Part shown: piece after piece, positions 41,109 to 54,021 of the stretch
Layout: the number at the start of each line of letters is the position of its first letter
Position numbering within the stretch: position 1 is the stretch's first letter
Origin: Octopus sinensis
Lineage: Eukaryota
Direction: 5' to 3'
Length of the DNA: 64,000 bases
Assembly (NCBI RefSeq): GCF_006345805.1
Contig: NC_043016.1
Location: 7,130,001-7,194,000 of the forward strand
The notes under the pieces: generated by a model
The model's input: only the letters and a program-made list of their open reading frames with translations
Told to the model about the DNA's origin: nothing
The model's database searches: none
Translations under genes and position numbers: made by a program

Positions 41109-41444
41109 TATTTGTACACATTTAAAATTATAGATGCTTTTCTGTGGAAATTTCCCTTTACTTTTTTATGTTGAGTAATCAGGGCCCATTTCTGTGCATA
41201 CAGAGAAGAGAAACCCCCTACTGCATGTTGTAGTTCTGCTTAAACTCCAAGTCATTCAATATCTTTCAGTACTGTGGTGAATATTTCTTATCCATGACAA
41301 CCTGATTGTGATAAAGACCAAACACCCTTTTCTGTCTGTACCATATTGTAATGTGATTCATTCATTTTTTTTTTCCGTTTGTACGGGGATGGAATGACAA
41401 CAATTATGTTCTCTTAGTTATATGATCTTATAAAGTTTACGTTT

Positions 41445-41815
41445 ATATATTTGTTTTGCAAGATTTTTGATGTGAAATCGTGTGTTGAAACAGATATTGT
41501 TGTATTTTGAAATGGTCATTTTGCCAGTTTAGCAATAAAAACACACAATAACACAACAACAACAACAACAACAATGATAATAATAATAAATAATATAAAA
41601 AATGGCTGACTGTTAGTAAGGAGAGACACACAAATAAGAAAGAAGAAGGCAAAGGACCACTGATGAGGTCACAAGAGTGTGACGAAAGAACTCTGGCTGA
41701 AATACGATTAATGTAAAAAATAAATAACGCTGAAGCAAAATAACACCAAATATATAGTGCGTGTGTTTTATTGCTAAAACTGGCAAAATGACCATTCCTA
41801 AATGCAACAATTTTT
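41445..41815. mobile_element. Penelope pLTR-like repeat family Y with internally inverted segments (related copies 51370-51640 and 51905-52000)
   Basis: The segment gatgtgaaatcgtgtgttgaaacagat...ggtcattttgcc occurs direct and partially inverted at both loci and carries a hammerhead motif. Confidence 0.6.
41657..41696 (+). ncRNA. Minimal type I hammerhead ribozyme motif (repeat family Y)
   Basis: CCA-CTGATGA-G-GTCAC aagagt GTGAC-GAAA-G aa C-TC|TGG. Homologous copy on the minus strand at 51542-51581. Confidence 0.7.
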
Positions 41816-41904
41816 TAAAAAGATGAAGAGTAATGTATGATTACGTGGTCTTGAAGTTTGACTTCGTAAGCAAGTGGTTCCAGATTAAATTGTGCTTTGT
41901 CATA

Positions 41905-42004
41905 NNNNNNNNNNNNNNNNNNNNNNNNNNNNNNNNNNNNNNNNNNNNNNNNNNNNNNNNNNNNNNNNNNNNNNNNNNNNNNNNNNNNNNNNNNNNNNNN
42001 NNNN
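41905..42004. other. Assembly gap (100 N)
   Basis: Run of exactly 100 N. True size is unknown, so features might be missing here. Confidence 0.97.
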
Positions 42005-42287
42005 TGCATTTGAATTCAAAGGAGCCTTGATGCATATAATGTAAATATATATTTCATATGGAGATGAAATTAGTGGATGGTTAGTGGATGGGATATTAAT
42101 TATCATCATTATTTTTCAGTAGTCTTATTATTATTATCACATGCTTTCACTGCTCAACTGAGCACAACTCTGAGTACTTTTGGAGGACATGTTTTAGCAT
42201 TGTTAGTTTCCCTGTATTAAAAGTACTTTCGTGGGATGTATGCAGTGCCTAGTAATGCTTTTTCTATCTGTTATATATATGTATGTA

Positions 42288-42326
<39 letters not shown>

Positions 42327-42332
42327 GTATGC

Positions 42333-42372
<40 letters not shown>

Positions 42373-42396
42373 GTATGTATATATATATATATAATA

Positions 42397-45300
42397 AATA
42401 TTAGGGAATAAATCCAAATTTACAGGGAAAAAATCAGATTTAGGATTAAATCCAATTTTATAGTAAAATATTATATAATATTATTAGAGACAAAACCACT
42501 ATTTTGCAAAACAAACAAGGAAGACTTAATCAATACATAAAATTTTAATAAAAAGTCAAAAAAACCGCCACTACAATTGTTTTCTTGTCCTGATCGACAA
42601 TCTTCAGGTGGACTTCCAATCTAAAATATCAATATTTTAAAATATAAAAATAATAATTTAAAATAATTAAAGTATTAATGAAAAATATAAATATATAATC
42701 TATATATAACCTATATATAATCCATATATAATCAATATATAAACCAATATATAACTAAATAACCTATCAACATTAAATATAAATATAAAACAAAACAAAA
42801 TAACTATATATACACCCATACACATATAACTAATTATATATAACCATATCTAAATACATACACTAAATCACACACCTATATATATCCCTATACATACACA
42901 TAAAAACGTCTAGGCAACGATAAATAAGTAAAATAGCCAAATACTTCAACACAATACTTATTCATACTCCCTCACACACACATACAACCCACATTCCCGC
43001 TCTAGAAACGAACATCATTTAAAATTATGAATGGAGAAATGGAATAAATGGAATTAAAATTATATTCACTTGGTAAAACGAACATTACTTAAAAATTATG
43101 AATGAATAATGTAATAAAATAACAGACATCGTAAATAGACATAAATTACTACGAATTCTTTAATAAAACTACCATGATAAACTAAAACTCATAAAAACAT
43201 ATAATGATAAAATCTCCCTTTACTAAACTCTATAACATACCTATATAGCAATCCCCCTAACCTAAACATTCACACACACAAATACACACACGTAAACCAC
43301 ACACCCACTACATATACAATACCCACCTCACTCACACATACCTATACATACTATAAACCTCAATATATACTCCAAAAACCCACTCACCCCACACAGATAA
43401 ATAAACACATACATCCCCAAACCTATATAGCAAACCCATAAACACATTCACACACAAATATACATACGTAAAACACACACCATATACATATACATACTCA
43501 CTAAACTCGATATATACAACATATTAACACACCCACACTCATACAGATAAATAATTATACAACTAAAATACGCACACACTCACACACAATCCCACATACA
43601 TAAACACTCCAAAGAAAACAACATTATTACACATAATACGATATATAAAATACATCGTAAGTAACCAGAATATCAAAAATAACAATATGACATAAGGAGA
43701 AATATATACATACTTTCAAGTCAGTTTCAAATTATGAAGTGAAATTAAATTCTAAGCCGTTAAAAACATCAAACCAAAATTACGTTACCATAGGAACATA
43801 ACTTATGTATAAAAAGAATACGCGCTATGGAAGCAAACGTCATTTAAAATTATGAATGGAGAAATAGAATAAATGGAATTAAAATTATATTCACGCGGTA
43901 AAAAACTAACATTATTTAAAAAAATTATGAATGGATTCTTTAATAAAACTACCATGATAAATTAAAACTCATAAAAACATAAATGATAAAACCTCCCTTT
44001 ACTAAACCCTATAACATACTATAGCAATCCCTTTAACCTATACATTCACACACAAATACACACACGTAACCACCACACCCATAACAAATACAAATACCCA
44101 CCTCATTCACACATACCTATAAGTACATATAAGCCTCAACATATACACCAAACAAAATTACGTTACCAAGGAACCTAACTATGTATAAAAAGTATTCCCG
44201 CTCTGGAAACGAACATCTTTTAAAATTATGAATGGAGAAATGGAATAAATGGAATTAAAAATAATATTCACGTGGTAAAACGAACATTACTTAATAATTA
44301 TGAATGAAATAATGTAATAAAATAACAAACATCGTAAATAGACAAATTACTACAAATTCTTTAATAAAACTACCATGATAAACTAAAACTCATAAAAACA
44401 TATAATGATAAAATCTCCCTTTGCTAAACTCTATAACAAACCTATATAGCCATCCCCCTAACCTAAACATTCACACACAAATACACACACGTAAACCACA
44501 GACCCACGACTTATACAAATACCCACCTCACTCACACATACCTATACTAACGTATAAAACCCAATATACACCAAAAACCCACTCCCTCCCCACACAGATA
44601 AATTAACACATACATCCCGAAACCTATATAACAAACCCATATACACATTCACACACAAATATACATATGTAAAACACACACACACAACATATACATATAC
44701 TCCCTCACATATACGCATATACATACTCACTAAACTCGATATATACAACAATATTTACACACCCACTCATACAGATAAATATTATACAACTAAAATACGC
44801 ACACACTCACACACAATCTCACATACATAAACACTCCAAAGAAAACAACATTATTACACATAATACGATATATAAAATACATCGTAATTAACCAGAATAT
44901 CAAAAATAACAATAATGACATAAGGAGAAATAATATACATACTTCAAGTCAGTTTCAAATTATGAAGTGAAATTAAATTCTAAGCCGTTAAAAAATCAAA
45001 CCAAAATTACGTTACCATAGGAACATAACTTATGTATAAAAAGAATACGCGCTATGGAAGCAAACGTCATTTAAAATTATGAATGGAGAAATAGAATAAA
45101 TGGAATTAAATTATATTCACGCGGTAAACTAACATTATTTAAAAAAATTATGAATGGATTCTTTATAAAACTACCATGATAAATTAAAACTCATAAAAAC
45201 ATAAATGATAAAACCTCCCTTTACTAAACCTATAACATACTTATATAACAATCCCTTTAACCTATACATTCACACACAAATACACACACGTAAACCACAC

Positions 45301-45599
45301 ACCTATAACAAATACAAATCCCACCTCATTCACACATACCTATAAGTACATATAAGCCTCAACATATACACCAAACAAATTACGTTACCAAGGACCTAAC
45401 ATATGTATAAAAAGTATTCCCGCTCTGGAAACGAACATCTTTTAAAATTATGAATGGAGAAATGGAATAAATGGAATTAAAAATAATATTCACGTGGTAA
45501 AACGAACATTACTTAAAAATTATGAATGATTTATTAAATTTTTATGTATTGATTAAGTCTTTCCTTGTTTTTTTTGCAAAATAGTGGTTTTGTCTCTAA

Positions 45600-45610
<11 letters not shown>
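42397..45610 (-). mobile_element. Penelope-like non-coding insertion: pLTR with HHR, ~1.2-kb higher-order tandem array, inverted pLTR end
   Basis: A ~79-bp inverted repeat (42473-42551 vs 45531-45610), HHR at 42568-42611 (-), and motif ttatgaatggagaaat at 43025, 43850, 44226, 45077 and 45448. Flanked by (TA)n. Confidence 0.6.
42568..42611 (-). ncRNA. Hammerhead motif with one extra A in the core
   Basis: Reverse complement reads CCAC-CTGAAGA-TTGTC gatcag GACAA-GAAA(A)CAATTGTA|GTGG. Stem I is 4 bp, stem II is 5 bp, stem III is palindromic (ACAATTGT). Confidence 0.7.
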
Positions 45611-45643
<33 letters not shown>

Positions 45644-45648
45644 CATAC

Positions 45649-45679
<31 letters not shown>

Positions 45680-46829
45680 TAGTACGTATGTATGTATATA
45701 TATATATATATATAATATATATATAAAGAAGGTTTGAAAATGCAATTTTAAAATGTTATTTTACTTTACCTACCGGTTTCACTTTTTAGAAAAAGATTGT
45801 CAAAAGTAACATGTAAAAGTTTGGTTGTGTTAATTATTGGTTGTCACAAAATGCTACAATACATATATACAGTCTTTGGTAACAAGGACATGTTAAGGAC
45901 ATAAAAAAGTTTAACAAGTTCATTAAAATATTGGGCACAACAGATTACAACATAAATATACATTCTCAAGAAAATGTTAAAGATAGTTTCCAGAAGGAAT
46001 TATTAAAAAGTTCAGTGGAATATTGGTATTGTATCTGTATATATACACACACACAGAATATTATGAGTTCAAAAAAGTTTACATTATAGTATTAGGGAGG
46101 CTCGAACTGACCTGGTCCACCATATTATCGTAAAAGGCCTTGTACGATAACATGGTGGACCAGGTCAGTTCGAGCCTCTCTACTATTTAGATTTCTGAGT
46201 ATTTAAATTTTTTACAGATGAATGGAAATAGGTTAAAATAAAAAAAAAAAGAATAATTATTAAAACTCCTTTACTTCAAGTAGAAATGGAAATACTCGGT
46301 CTCCTATGAATAGGACACTGAAACAATGTGATATAGTTTATTTAATATTCTCATTTAGTGTCCTATTTATAGGACAGTGGGACTCAATGGGTTAATAAGG
46401 ATTGTTGCTGTCTTCAGCTTTTACATTTGGGTTATTATTATTTCCAGTTTTTTTTTATTTTGAGAGTTTTTCCATTTCTTTTAGAGATACACTGTTGTTG
46501 TTGTTGTTGTTCATGTTGGTGGTGGCAGTGGTGGCGGTGTTGCTGCTGCTGTTTTTGTTGTTGTTATTGTCATTCAGTTGTCTTTTATTGTGTGCTATCA
46601 CTGCCTTCCAAGTACAACTCTGTGTGCCTTGGGCATGTGCTGTGCTTTGTTTTTGGTAGTGTTATTTATACTAAATTAAAAATGCTTTACGTAAGATGTG
46701 TGCAGCACCTGGTCGTGCTATTGTCTGTATGTTATATATATATTCATAAGTCCTGCTGTTTCGGTTATGTATTTGCCTGCATGTTTTTTTTTTTACCATA
46801 CCTAAAGCACCTATTTTTATTATAGACTC

Positions 46830-47932
46830 TTTCTGTCTTAAGTCTCACATCCAGATTACTTCTGTTCCACATCCAGATTACTTCTGTTCCCAGATCTTTG
46901 TATTTTGAGAGTTTCTCTATTTCAGATGCACTGCCATCTGTTGAGATTGAGATTAGTGTGTTGATTAGAAGGTGTTACAACAATATCTGGCTGGTTATCT
47001 TCATCTTCCTATCCGTGTATTGGCATACCCCAGAGTGTGGTTGCTTTGTCATTTTGTAAGGCCTTTTCTGGGATATATCTATACATCTTTTTCCTGTTAG
47101 CATTCTACAGTGCCTGCACAGCTTACTATTTACATTGTCGTTGTTTTGTTTTATATAAGGTGTTCCAAATCTCATGTAAACATTACCTCAAGTAAACATT
47201 TTACTATGAGTTTTGTTTATGATAAGCAATGATATATTGTATGGAAAGGAGACTAGAATCTGAGAACTAAGATCCTATAAAATTTGTAGCATTTCAATTT
47301 TCAAAAACTTTAACCCTTCAGGATCTCAATAGTTTGGTTAAGCTGAAGGAATCAGAATCTTTTATCAAATTGTCTTACAGCAGCTATATATATATATTTT
47401 TTAATGTGTAACGATAGAAATTCTACAGAAGAAAAGATTAACAATGTTTTTCTTAGGATGTGGACAGTACTTTGGAAACAATTTTCTTGTAGTTCTGATA
47501 CTTTGGGGTTTCCTGGTATTTAGCCATTGTGTTTTAAGAGCACCATTTGGTAGCAAACCCAAAGCTCTGTTAATCACAAGTAGAGTTGTTATTCTTAGAT
47601 GCCATATTCTTGAAACCTCTGTTTCAAGGTCCTTGTATCTATTGTTGCTGTTGGTGTTGTAGAGAATACCCTCTCAAAGCGCTGGGTGTAAAAGCTCCTT
47701 AGAATCATGGATAGATGCAATAACTCACCCTTAATCCTATCTAGGTGTGATGAATATCAGTGTTTTGCCATTTTTGTGGCATGTCGGCATCACATTCCCA
47801 ACAGGATCAGAGGTAAATTACTTTGCCTGTCCATGACTTATATGGCCATAGCATACATATACATATGCCATGCTTATATAGATGTATGTGTATGCATATG
47901 TATATGTGTGTATGCATATCTCTTTCTGTGTG

Positions 47933-47975
<43 letters not shown>

Positions 47976-48544
47976 TAAAGTTAATCCAAACATGAAAACA
48001 CAAAGAGAAAACACAACAACACAAGGACGTGGAACAAGTATAGTGTTATTGGACGCTCAGGAAGAAAGGGAAGAAGGAGGGTTTTATGTTTCGAGTGGAG
48101 CTCTTCGTCAGAAACATAGGAAAAGGAAAGATCCCAAGAAGGGAAGACGGAGGAAAAAATATCGCCAACAGTACATACGCGGTCACATTTGTATATATTA
48201 TATATATATATATAATATATATATATATAATAATAATCAATATAGGGTGGCAAAAATTTTGTAGAATTTTTTTGCCACCAGCGGCCTAGTGGGAAAAAAT
48301 TAAATAGTCATAGACCATTTTTAAGTTCAACATCACAATCAAGGAACGGCCATAATAGGCCATTCACCCACTAGAAATAACAGCCAAAGCTTCAACCGCA
48401 AATAAAAATCAATTCCGTAAACCAGGAGAAAATTAAAAAACATTTACCCTGTAATTCTCTTATACGATGCGCCACCGTTTCATCTACTGTTTAATGGTAA
48501 ACTAACCTGATTAATTTAATCGAGCCAATCTTCCATAGGCCCTT

Positions 48545-48611
<67 letters not shown>

Positions 48612-49803
48612 TATATATATATATTATATATATATATATATATATGCATGTATATATGTATGTATATGTATGTTTATGATTTATTGTTTCTTGTCCATCT
48701 CCACATATTCTGCAGTTACTTGTATTTATTTTCGTTACATGTTTTTGGTGGTTTCTGGTGGGAAAGCTTTGGTCTTGTGCTGCAATTAAAAATCCTTCAG
48801 TCTCTGCTTTGAGTCCTGAGCTTTTCAGCCATTGTTGAGATTTTGCTTTGTCTATTTCTTTACTATTTAGCTTAACCCAGTATTTTTCATATGGGGGCTT
48901 TTTTGCCATCATTCTATCATGATGGGTTGCTGTTCAGTTTTATTTGGGATTTTTGTTGTTTTACAGCTTTTGTTGTTTCTTCTTTTTCTTTATAGTTGTT
49001 AGTGACTATGACATTTATCTTTTTTTTTTTTGTATTTGTTAACTTCCTTAAAGACAGAAAACAGTTTTTTGTTTCGTTTGTCTTTTGTGGCTATTTGTAT
49101 TATATATCCTTGCTTCTGAAGTAGGTATTTTTGCAGTGCTATGGTGGTTATTTTGTAATAGTTTTCTAGCTGTATAAGGCCTCTACCACCTTCTATACAT
49201 CATATATATAACCTTTCTATGTCAGATTTTGAGTGGTGTATCCTAAATCCTGTCATTATTTTTCTTGATTAGTTCATTTAGTGTCCAGTTAAGAATATTG
49301 TAGCTGTAACTTATAACTGGAACGGCTAGAGTGTTGATACCTCTTATCTTGTTTCTCGCATTAAGCTCTGTTTTCAGTATTAATCTAACTCGTCTATAGT
49401 ATTCTTCTTATTTTCTCTTTCATTTGTGTGTGTTGTATCGTATCTAGTTCATTGATTCCTAAGTATTTGTATGTCTAGCTCGTGGTCTAATTCTCTTATT
49501 TCATTTGCTTATCTAGTATGATGTTGTTACTCTTAACTAGTTTTCCTCTTTTCAAGGTTGCTTTGGAACATTTTTCTAAACCAAATTTCATATTTATTTC
49601 TTTGGTAAATCTATGTACTGTCTGTAATAGTGTTTCCAGCTGTTTTCATTTGTAGCGTATAGTTTTAGGTCATCCATATATAAGAGGTGGCTGATTGTTT
49701 TGCCGTAAGATTTGTAACCGCATCCAGTTCTGTTTAGCATGTCAGATAAAGGTATCAGTGCCAAGCAGAAAAGGAGTGTATAGAGAGTGACTTTCTGGAA
49801 CAT
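46830..49803 (-). mobile_element. R4/Dong-clade non-LTR retrotransposon fragments (RT, CCHC finger, restriction-like endonuclease)
   Basis: LLFCLALIPLSDML...ISHLLYMDDLKLYA (49594-49803); SQQWLKSSGLKAETEGFLIAAQDQS...CRICGDGQETINH (about 48690-48912); EKLSKYKDLGTEVIWMW (about 46870-46920); a second C-terminus RYKDLETEVSRIWHL...HILRK (about 47430-47630). The 5' truncation abuts (TAA)n at 49803. Confidence 0.85.
48081..48115 (-). ncRNA. Hammerhead motif (family P1), one probable CpG-decay change
   Basis: Reverse complement reads GTTT-CTGACGA-A-GAG ctcca CTC-GAAAC AT A|AAAC. The more decayed homolog at 23368-23402 retains ACGT in stem III. Confidence 0.65.
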
Positions 49804-49974
49804 TATTATTATTATTATTAACTACACTCTTGGAGTGGTTGGCATCAGGAAGGGCATCCAGCTTTAGAAACTCTACCAGATCAGATTGGAGCCTGGTGCA
49901 GCCATCTGGCTCACCAGTCCTCAGTCATTCGTCCAACCCATGCTAGCATGGAAAGCGGATGTTAAACGATGATG

Positions 49975-50007
<33 letters not shown>

Positions 50008-50461
50008 GTTATTATTGTTGTTGTTGTTGTTGTTATGTACTTTGTCTGAAATCCTTTGTCACTTGTGTCCTGTGACCCCTTCAGTGACTCTTTGTCCCAG
50101 ATGTCTGCTCCTGTTCAGTCTGGTAATAAATAAACTAGAAGTGAAGATCAAGTGTATAGTGACATGGTTAATTGGAATAAAAATATGACCACCCCCAAAT
50201 ATAACAATGTGTGTGTGTGTGTGGAACCATAAAAAAATAAAATGGTAAACAATTTTATATGTAGACAGAAGAGCTTGAAGTAGTTGTGGTAGTGGTGGTG
50301 ATGAAGGTGACAATGAATGCTCTCTGACATGTTAACCTTTTAACCAATTCTTTCAGTATCTAATCAAATTGTCACAGGAAAAAAAACAGAAAAAGAAAGA
50401 ATGACAGCTGCACAGTTTCCTTCACTTTCTTTTATTACTTCAAGGCCTTAGTAATGCTAAT

Positions 50462-50578
50462 AGTACTGCTGGTGGTGGTGGTGGTGGTGGTGGTAATCAG
50501 AACTGCATCATCGTTGTCAGCAATAATAGCGTTACATTAGTAGCAGTACTGTTCACTGCAGCAGCAGCAGCAGCAGCG

Positions 50579-50642
<64 letters not shown>

Positions 50643-50744
50643 CAGCAGCAGCAGCAGTGGTGGTGATAGTAGTAGTAGTAGTGGTGGTGGTGGTGGTGGT
50701 GGTGATAATAGTAGTGGTGATAGTAGTAGTAGTAGTGGTGGTGA

Positions 50745-50775
<31 letters not shown>

Positions 50776-50780
50776 TGTTG
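50462..50780. repeat. Compound (GGT/AGC/AGT)n microsatellite
   Basis: Direct inspection. Source of the spurious poly-Val ORF at 50657. Confidence 0.95.
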
Positions 50781-50892
50781 TAGGAGGTGGAAGAATAGGC
50801 AGACAGAGCTACTCCAACAAAGGCATCACTCCCTCTCCACCTCCAAGCAGTCAGTATTCATCCCTGTCTATATAAATAACCTTGAATTTTGC

Positions 50893-50925
<33 letters not shown>

Positions 50926-51541
50926 CACACAGGTGTGGCTGTGTGGTAAGGAGTTTGCTTTCCAAATAAATGGTCCTGGGTTCATTCCCTCTACATAGTA
51001 CTTTGGACAAGTGTCTATCTTCTACTATAGGCTTGGGTCAACCAAAGCCTTGTGAGTGGATTTTGTTGATGGAAACTGAAAGAAGCCCATCATATATTTA
51101 TATGTGTGTGTGTGTGTGTGTGTCTTTGTGCTTGTATGTCTTTGTATTTGTGTCTTCACTACCGCTTCAAAACTAGTGTTGGTGTGTTTATGTCCCAGCA
51201 ACTTATTGGTTTGGCGAAAGAGACCGATAGCATAAGTACCAGGTTTACAAAGAATATGTACTGGGTTGAGTCATTCAACTAAAAATTCTTCAACGTGATG
51301 CTCCAGCATGGCTGCAGTCTAATGACTGAAACAAATAATAAATTATATAAATATATATGCATACATTTATATATTTGTTTTTCAAGATTCTTGATGTGAA
51401 ATCGTGTGTTGAAACAGATGTTGTTGTATTTAGGAATGGTCATTTTGCCAATTTAGCCAATAAAAACACACACATTATATATTTGGTGTTACTTTGCTTC
51501 AGTAATATTTATTTTTTACATTAATCTTAATCTTATTTCAT

Positions 51542-51581
51542 TCAGAGTTCTTTCATCACACTCCTGTGACCTCATCAGTGG
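51542..51581 (-). ncRNA. Hammerhead motif, second copy of family Y
   Basis: Reverse complement reads CCA-CTGATGA-G-GTCAC aggagt GTGAT-GAAAGAACTC|TGA. Confidence 0.6.
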
Positions 51582-51997
51582 TCCTTTGCTTTCTTCTTTC
51601 TTATTTGTGTGTCTCTCCTTACTAACGGTCAGCCATTTTGTATTTTGTATTCCTAATGTATGTGTCTTTATTTGTGCATGCATATACCTCTATGTGTGTC
51701 TATGTTTAGTTAGTTAGTGTGTGTGTGGGGGGAAGCCTGTAATATTTGTATCTCCTGTTTATACATGTTCATGTAATTTGTTTTTGTTTATTTTTATTTT
51801 GTTCATGTTTTTACACCTACTTATTTTATTATTATTATTATTTTTTTAATGTATATAGTTATTTACTTCCATTTGTTTATTCATCTGTAAATAAGATTAA
51901 GATTAATGTAAAATATAAATAATGCTGAAGCAAAGTAACACCAAATATATATGCGTGTGTTTTATTGGCTAAACTGGCAAAATGACCATTCCGAAAT

Positions 51998-52038
<41 letters not shown>

Positions 52039-52139
52039 TAATATATAGGTAATATATATATATAGGTAATATATAGGTAATATATATATATATATATAGG
52101 TAATATATATATATATATATATATAGGTAAGATTAATAT

Positions 52140-53960
52140 AGGTAAGGAATTTTTGAGATTAGTCTCTAAGCATTTTAAGCAGGGCCATAAATTCTATAGG
52201 ATATTTAATAGAAGAACCCTGAAGGTTAGCTATTCTTGTTGCAGAAATTTCGCCTCTCACATTAGCCAGCATAATAGGAATCTGATTGAGATTAAACATG
52301 GTGCTGAGCTCATTAAGAAATTCAATTGCAAAAATGAAAACTCCTGTCCGTTAAAAGGGAAATGTCTAGTGAAAGGAGTAGTTTATAGAGCAAAGGTACA
52401 AACAGAAGGCTCATCGGAATACAAGACATACACAGGGGCTTCAGAAAATTCGTTTAAAACACGATTTTATTCGCATAAAAATTCATTTAGATACCCAGAG
52501 AATAGGAAGAGGACCAGCCTAGCAAAATATGTCTGGGAACTAAAAGAAAAAGAAACCCCACCTTTCAACGTGACATGGAGCATTCTGGACAGAGCGGCAC
52601 CATACAGGCATGGAGCACACAGAAATAATTTTAAATGCAATCTTTGCCTATTAGAGAAACTGTATATTTTATTCAAAGACAATAATTCTTTGAATCAAAG
52701 AAGTGAGCTGATGAACTTATGTAGACACGCAACCAAATTTAAAATGTCAAATATAAATATACCATATGGATAGAGTATATATTTTGTATTTTTGATTTTT
52801 GAAATTTTGATTTTGACTCTTGGACTAGTATGTAAATGCGATGATGGATTTGTTTCGCGCTATGCAGATTTCATTCCGTATAGCAAAGTCTCATGCATAT
52901 ATTTTGTTTATTTTGTTTATATTTCTACATATACATTAGGAAAAACCTTCGGCTTTGTTTATTTCATGTTATTGTATTGTATAGGATTACTTGATTTTTA
53001 ATTTATAGATGATCCAAAATAGGGTGTTATATTTTATGTCTTTCGTATATTTTTCATTATTGCACTCACCATTTTTTAAAAAAGCAATGTTGTCAAAAAT
53101 TAGAATTTTGATGTAAATATGTGTATAGCCATGGATATGTACTTGTAAGCATGCGTCTCTGTATATGTGTAAGTGAGCGTATGTTTGTGCTTAAGCACAC
53201 ACATACACGACTGTATGTGTATGTATCCATTTGAACTTGTGTGTTTGTATACTTGTCTCTATATATATGTCAATAACGTGGTTACACAGCTTGTATACAT
53301 AATTTTTCTTATTGCGTTTTTTTCCCCCCACCCCTCCTTTTTCTTTTTTCTCTCCCCCTTCTTCGTTCCTTTTTCTCTCTCTTCCTTTCTTTCGTTTTTT
53401 CTCTAACTGATACTGGTGCATACAACTTTACGTCCCCCTTACTTAAGCTTTGCTCCGTAAATAAGAAACGCTACATTAGCATCGATGATTTTAACTTGCG
53501 TGCGAGATAGATTGCGTACATTTATGTGTATATTTTAGATTTATATTTATACGTCTGTATATGTATGGTGTTTGCACGCATCCTTCTGTGTATGTTAATA
53601 TATATATGTACACTTTAATATGAATATGTGTTGCAGTGTAATATTTATAATGCGTTTTAATTTCCATGCATTAATTATATTTCCTTCATTAATGTCAATA
53701 TGTATTTTATTCAATGTAAGGTTTTTCCTCGAATTTTATAAGTTTTATAATTTTTTATATATATATACATATATATTTTTGAGCTCATTTTTTTGTTTAT
53801 CGCTTGAAGATTGAGCGTTATTTCTAAAGGCCAATCAAACAAGTCCATTTTTTAAAGGTGTAGCGTTTGTAAGAGTCTGGATTGAATTGATATATCGGTT
53901 CCATTCTAACAAAAACTGTCTGATGAACGGCAACGTGAAACTCAGAGTAACAGGTTTGTT
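52140..53960 (+). mobile_element. Penelope-like element 3' part: GIY-YIG endonuclease ORF, T/G-rich UTR and hammerhead-containing pLTR
   Basis: ORF 52153-52773 has FNRRTLKVSYSC, CKNENSCPLKGKCL, VVYRAKV...YTGASENSFKTRFYSH (GIY-YIG), TSLAKYVWELKE, CNLCLLEKLYIL and LNQRSELMNLCRH, the typical PLE linker and endonuclease. Hammerhead at 53908-53960 is on the same strand. Confidence 0.9.
53908..53960 (+). ncRNA. Minimal type I hammerhead ribozyme, intact core
   Basis: Stem I CTGT (53916-19)/ACAG (53950-53) plus AACAAA/TTTGTT. Core CTGATGA 53920-26. Stem II ACG-gcaa-CGT. GAAA 53937-40. Stem III ACTC-a-GAGT. Predicted cleavage GUA after 53949. Confidence 0.85.
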
Positions 53961-53985
53961 GATTTTTCTGCTGCTTTCATATATA

Positions 53986-54021
<36 letters not shown>

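Noticed and set aside
41815-42109. ORFs containing poly-X
   Set aside because: Artefacts of the 100-N gap.
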